From NCBI GenBank assembly GCA_002633005.1, contig NMRA01000705.1, positions 130,222 to 194,221 of the forward strand: a stretch of 64,000 nt of DNA, in the 5' to 3' direction. Below, piece by piece: positions 59,590-64,000 of the stretch (its first letter is position 1; every line of letters starts with the position of its first letter). The stretch is from Phoronis australis. Taxonomy: Eukaryota > Animalia > Phoronida. A model generated the notes under the pieces. The model saw only the letters and a list, made by a program, of their open reading frames with translations, was not told the origin of the DNA and searched no databases. Position numbers and translations under genes: made by a program.

Positions 59590-62500
59590 ATCTTATCTTT
59601 AAACTGCAGAGGGCTAAGGGACACAATTAAGAGAAAGAATGTCTTTGAATTTTTGAGACGGAAGTGTTGTGGTATCTATTGCTTGCAAGAGGAGTCGGTG
59701 TGGCCTGGTTGATAAGTGCCCGCTTTCTTTACTCGAGGTCGTGGGTTCGAGTCCCACCAGGTCACACTGCTAAACCCTTGAGCCAGGTTTCTAGCTCCTC
59801 AGCTCGGTTTTAACTACATATTAATAAAGCATAAAAATATTTCCAGGTGATCAGTGCAATGGGTCCACATGCCAGGCCTGCGCACCTCTGGTACAACGTG
59901 TATCAGACCGCCTGCAATATTTTTATTATTGCTTGCAAGAAACTCATTTTATTGAATCAGAAATTTCTGCTATTAGGGCCCAGTGGGGATGTAGTGTTTT
60001 CATGAACCCTGGAACAAGAGAGTCGAGAGGTGTCTGCATATTGCTAAATAATAACTTTGAATGTGAAGTTGGTAAAATCCATCTTGATGATAAAGGAAAC
60101 CTTGTTGTCGTCGAATTACTTATTGAAAATCGAGTCTCAGTAACGTTAGCTAATATTTACGGTCCCAACAAGTAGTCTCTGACTGCAATTCAGAGTTCAT
60201 AATCATTTGCGGCGACTGGAATTTGGTTCAAGATTTCAATCTTGACTGTTTAGGACACAAACACCAAAACAATCCGGCTTCAAGAAAACAAGTTATCAGT
60301 CTGATTTTGCAGTTAAATTTGGTCGACCCGTGGCGGTTACGTAACCCAAATACAACAAGCTATACTTGGTTCAGAATTAACCCTTGTAAGCAAGCGCGTC
60401 TGGACTTTTTTCAAGTGTCCGACTAGTTTTCCTCTTGGANTTAGTTTTCAAGAAAAAAGAAAAGCATCGACATGAAAAGAATTTAGAGGAGCAATTAAGT
60501 CTTCTTAGAGAAATGTTGTGCAACAGTAATTCTGCTCTGCTCCTTGAAATTTATTCAGATTTGCAGAAAGATTACGAATATATTAGAAAGGACAAAGTGA
60601 AAGGCATGATGCTGAGATCTCGGGCAAAATGGATCGAGGATGGTGAAGAACCGTCCAAATATTTTAGTAACTTAGAAAAACGCAATTACGTGAACAAGAA
60701 TGTTCACAAACTTATAGACGAGACTGGACGAAGCTTGACAAACCAAAAAGCTATACTGTGTGCAATCGAAAAATTCCATGCAAATTTATATGCAGCCAAA
60801 GAAATTGACTCTTTCCAATATGAACTGGAGGACTTCGTGACCCCTGAAAATATGTCGAAACTAGACGCCGACTTGAAAGAAAACTAGAAGGACCAATAAC
60901 ATGTACTGAAGCTGCGGCTGTTCTTAAATGTATGAAAAATGACAAAACTCAGGGGACTGATGGTTTTCCTGTAGAGTTTTACAAATTTTTTGGAACGAAT
61001 TGTCGCCATTGTTTTATCAAATCTTTAAATTACAGCTTTCGAACCGGCCGTCTCCCTACCACTATGCGTCCAGGTGTCATTACTTTGATTCCTAAGGGCA
61101 AGAAACCACGTGAATGCATTTAAAACTGGAGGCTAATCTCCTTACTAAATTCAAGTTATAAACTATTATCAGCATGTATTGCACAAAGGATAAAATCTGT
61201 TTTTTATAAGTTAATTCATCATAATCAAACTGGGTTTCTCCAAGGTCGTTTTATCGGTTAGAACACCAAAGTGATTTATGACATCTTACAATATACTCAA
61301 GTCAAGGATATTACCGGACTTAAGGTATTAATTGAAAAGGCCTTTGATTCTGTGTCCTGGGGATTTCTTAAGAAAGTTCTACACTATTTCAATTTTGGTG
61401 ACGATATTATTCGTTGGATCACAATACTCAAGGAAAGTGTCCAACTTTCGGTCATTCAGTATGGCTTTACGTCTAAGTTCTTTAACATTTGCCGAGGTTG
61501 CAGACAAGGGGATCCCCTTTCACCTTATCTTTTTTGTTGTGTGCCGAAATTATGGCATCTATGTTGAGGCAATGTGAGAATGTTAAAGGCATAAAAGTAG
61601 GCTCTTTAGAGTATAAATTAATGCAATATGCAGACGACACGGTCCTCTTTCTAGATGGTTCAGAGAGCTCTTAAAATCGTTGAAAATATTTTTTTAGTTT
61701 TTTATGGGGCACCTCTTCTGATAGAATCTCTAGAAAAAACATGGTACAGAAATCTGAAGATGGAGGTGGGAATATGGTCCATATTGCGTCATTTGTCAAA
61801 GCAATTAAACTGACTTGGATTCGAAGATTCTTCAAAAATTATTATAATAACAATATTTACCATTGGCTAAATATTTTCTATGAAATTATTCCTAATAAAA
61901 AATGACTCTTTTCAGTTAGGTTCTTGTTTTTTCCTTGAAGTATCTAACCGTACTAAGAATATTTTGGAAGGATATTTCAATATCTTATACGAATTTATCA
62001 TTCTGTGTGAGATAGATGACTTTTTGTACCAATCTTTGTGGTATAACCCCAAAATTTTTATAGACAGTAGTCCAATTTTTGGAACGAGTGGTTTCAAAAG
62101 GGTATACGGTACGTATACGATATAATTGACCCTGATATAGGATATATTTATGATTATAATACCTTTTGTATACGTTTTCAATTTTGTCCTTGTATTACTC
62201 ATTTTTATGGAATTCGAAGTTCAATACTTCGTTCTTGGAATCATCTAAGAGACAAGAGTACTATAGTCACTCCACTTTTTCCAGAACATGTTTTTCGAAT
62301 CTCCTCGGAAAATAACGGGACGGGGAAAATCTATGAATTATTCATTTCCAAATTGTATGTAAACCTGTCGCGGAATTGAATTGGGAGAGAGAAATTAACT
62401 TATGCGATGATAGTCAATCTTGGAAAAAATTCGTTCTGTAATTAATCATTGTACTTCCGATGTCAGATTCAGATGGTTTCAATTCCGTATCAACCACAGA

Positions 62501-63025
62501 CTTATTGGCACAAACTCTTATTTAAAGAAAATAGGTGTTAGTGAATCGTCTTAATTTTTATGTTCTTTCTGTGAGCAACATGAATAAATAATTCTACATT
62601 TGTATAGGGAATATTCACTTGTTCAGAAGTTTTGGGGATGTTTAAAAACATGGATGATAAATCAGTGCAATTTCCCTCTGCAGTTAAATATGTCTTCGCC
62701 TTGTTTAGAGGCTCAGCCTGTAGATTATAAGTTGTAAATTTAATTCTTTGCTTAGCGAAATTTCATTTACATAGGCAAAGACTGCAAAAGGCTAAGCCCA
62801 ATTTTCAGTCATTTTTACGTGAGGTATGTGATTACTACAACCTGGACAAAATTACTTAGAATGATAAATTGGATCTTGAGAGATTCCAGGCAAGGTAGTT
62901 TTTTTGCCTAACTAGCTTTTGTAGGGTCCGATAATGTTCGTAATTTGTTTGATGTACACTTAACTAGATTTCATATTGCTGCACAACTATGTATTGGTTT
63001 GTTGAATTGATAAATGTTTCAAAAA
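59590..63025 (+). mobile_element. Near full-length degraded Tx1/L1-clade ORF2 (EN-RT-zinc knuckle)
   Basis: SLNCRGL..YCLQETH, NIYGPN, DPWR, ARLDFF, KTQGTDGFPVEFYK, CRQGDP, QYADD; many stops and frameshifts. Confidence 0.9.
59691..59926 (+). mobile_element. tRNA-derived SINE inserted in the LINE endonuclease region
   Basis: A box TGGCCTGGTTGA (59701-59712), B box GGTTCGAGTCC (59744-59754), TTA-type tail, 14-bp TSD TATTGCTTGCAAGA (59677-59690 and 59927-59940). Confidence 0.9.
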
Positions 63026-63042
63026 GGCTCAGCTTTCACAAA

Positions 63043-63985
63043 AAAGTATTTACCTATTTTGATGTCATCTGGATGAAATTTCCAATGTCATTGCCTGTGG
63101 TATAAATGAATCCGATCTCAAGTTTCCTTCTATATTCCGCACACGTGATCGTGCAGTTTGTAATAGGGTTTTCATTTTAGTATTAGTTAAGTTTTGTTAA
63201 ATCTATCACAATGTTTTATTGTAAACATAAGTTTTACGTGGTCAAATTTTGATGCTGTTTACATTTACTCAAAATATATTTGCTTTAAAAATTATCGTAT
63301 CCCTTCATACGCATATGTTTCTATCGAGTACCAACCGAGCAGTCGCCTGGGTTTATGTTGGAACAAAGCAAACTGGACGTTCTGGGTTCAACACGAGGTG
63401 ATTGCCGTCAAAACCCTCGAAATGTTCGCTGGTTAAAAAACAAATGTCACACAAAGGATATTCCTTTAGACATCATTAAGACGTTTCTGTACACAATTAT
63501 TAAAAAGATTCACCGAACAGCCATTACATTGCTTAATATACATAGCATGATATCGGGCAACGGACACAACAAAGTACTTACTTATTTTGACGTCATCTGG
63601 ATGACATTTCGAATGTCATTGCCTGTGGTATGAATAAATCCGATCTCACGTTTCCTTCTAAACTACGTACAATCTCAAGTAAGTTACTGTGTCCATGCAT
63701 CTCGCAGTCGTGCAGTGTGTAAAAAGGTTTTTATTTTAAAATAGTTTTAGTAGATAACTTTTGTTAAATCTATCACTATGCCTTATTTTAAGCGTGAGTT
63801 TTGATGCTAAAGTGTTAGATTCACTCAAAATATTTCTGCAATTAACTCTGTTGTCCACTTACAAAATATGATTCTATCAAGTACCAACGTACTGGTACAT
63901 AATGCTAAAAAGCGGGCATGCGGTTTACTTGAAGTTGTCGGTTCAAGGCAAGGTGATTGCCCTTAAAACCCTAAAAAATGCTGAA
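63043..63985. repeat. Two diverged tandem copies of an ~530-bp unit
   Basis: aaagta.ttac.tattttga.gtcatctggatga..tgtcattgcctgtggtat at 63043 and 63571. Confidence 0.8.
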
Positions 63986-64000
63986 CGGCAACGGCAACGG

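Noticed and set aside
59691-59765. tRNA gene
   Set aside because: It is followed by a non-tRNA body and tail and bounded by a 14-bp TSD: a SINE head.

Overview
AT-rich, intron-containing animal genomic DNA. The repeat content (HINE-like Helentron elements, RTE-X-, Tx1/L1- and HERO-like LINEs) looks lophotrochozoan or mollusc-like, but the taxon cannot be fixed from sequence alone. The left ~29 kb holds three genes whose exons I reconstructed by hand with consistent GT-AG phases. (1) The 5' part of RFWD3 on the minus strand (RING E3 ligase, running off the left edge), with three tandem V[IV]DLT SUMO-interaction-like motifs before the RING. (2) A complete 10-coding-exon HINFP (histone H4 transcription factor, + strand, ~638 aa), head-to-head with RFWD3. 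(3) A complete 6-exon SDR9C-family short-chain dehydrogenase (331 aa) nested antisense inside HINFP intron 4, probably interleaved with HINFP exon 5. The right ~35 kb has no recognisable host gene. It contains LINE relics, a tRNA-derived SINE, MITEs with 5- and 6-bp TSDs, a THAP-bearing TIR transposon, and an old ~1.8-1.9 kb tandem array that may derive from coding sequence; there are two assembly gaps. The most striking unexplained pattern is that several exons of RFWD3 and HINFP are preceded in the intron by degenerate 'echo' copies of their own splice acceptor and first codons.
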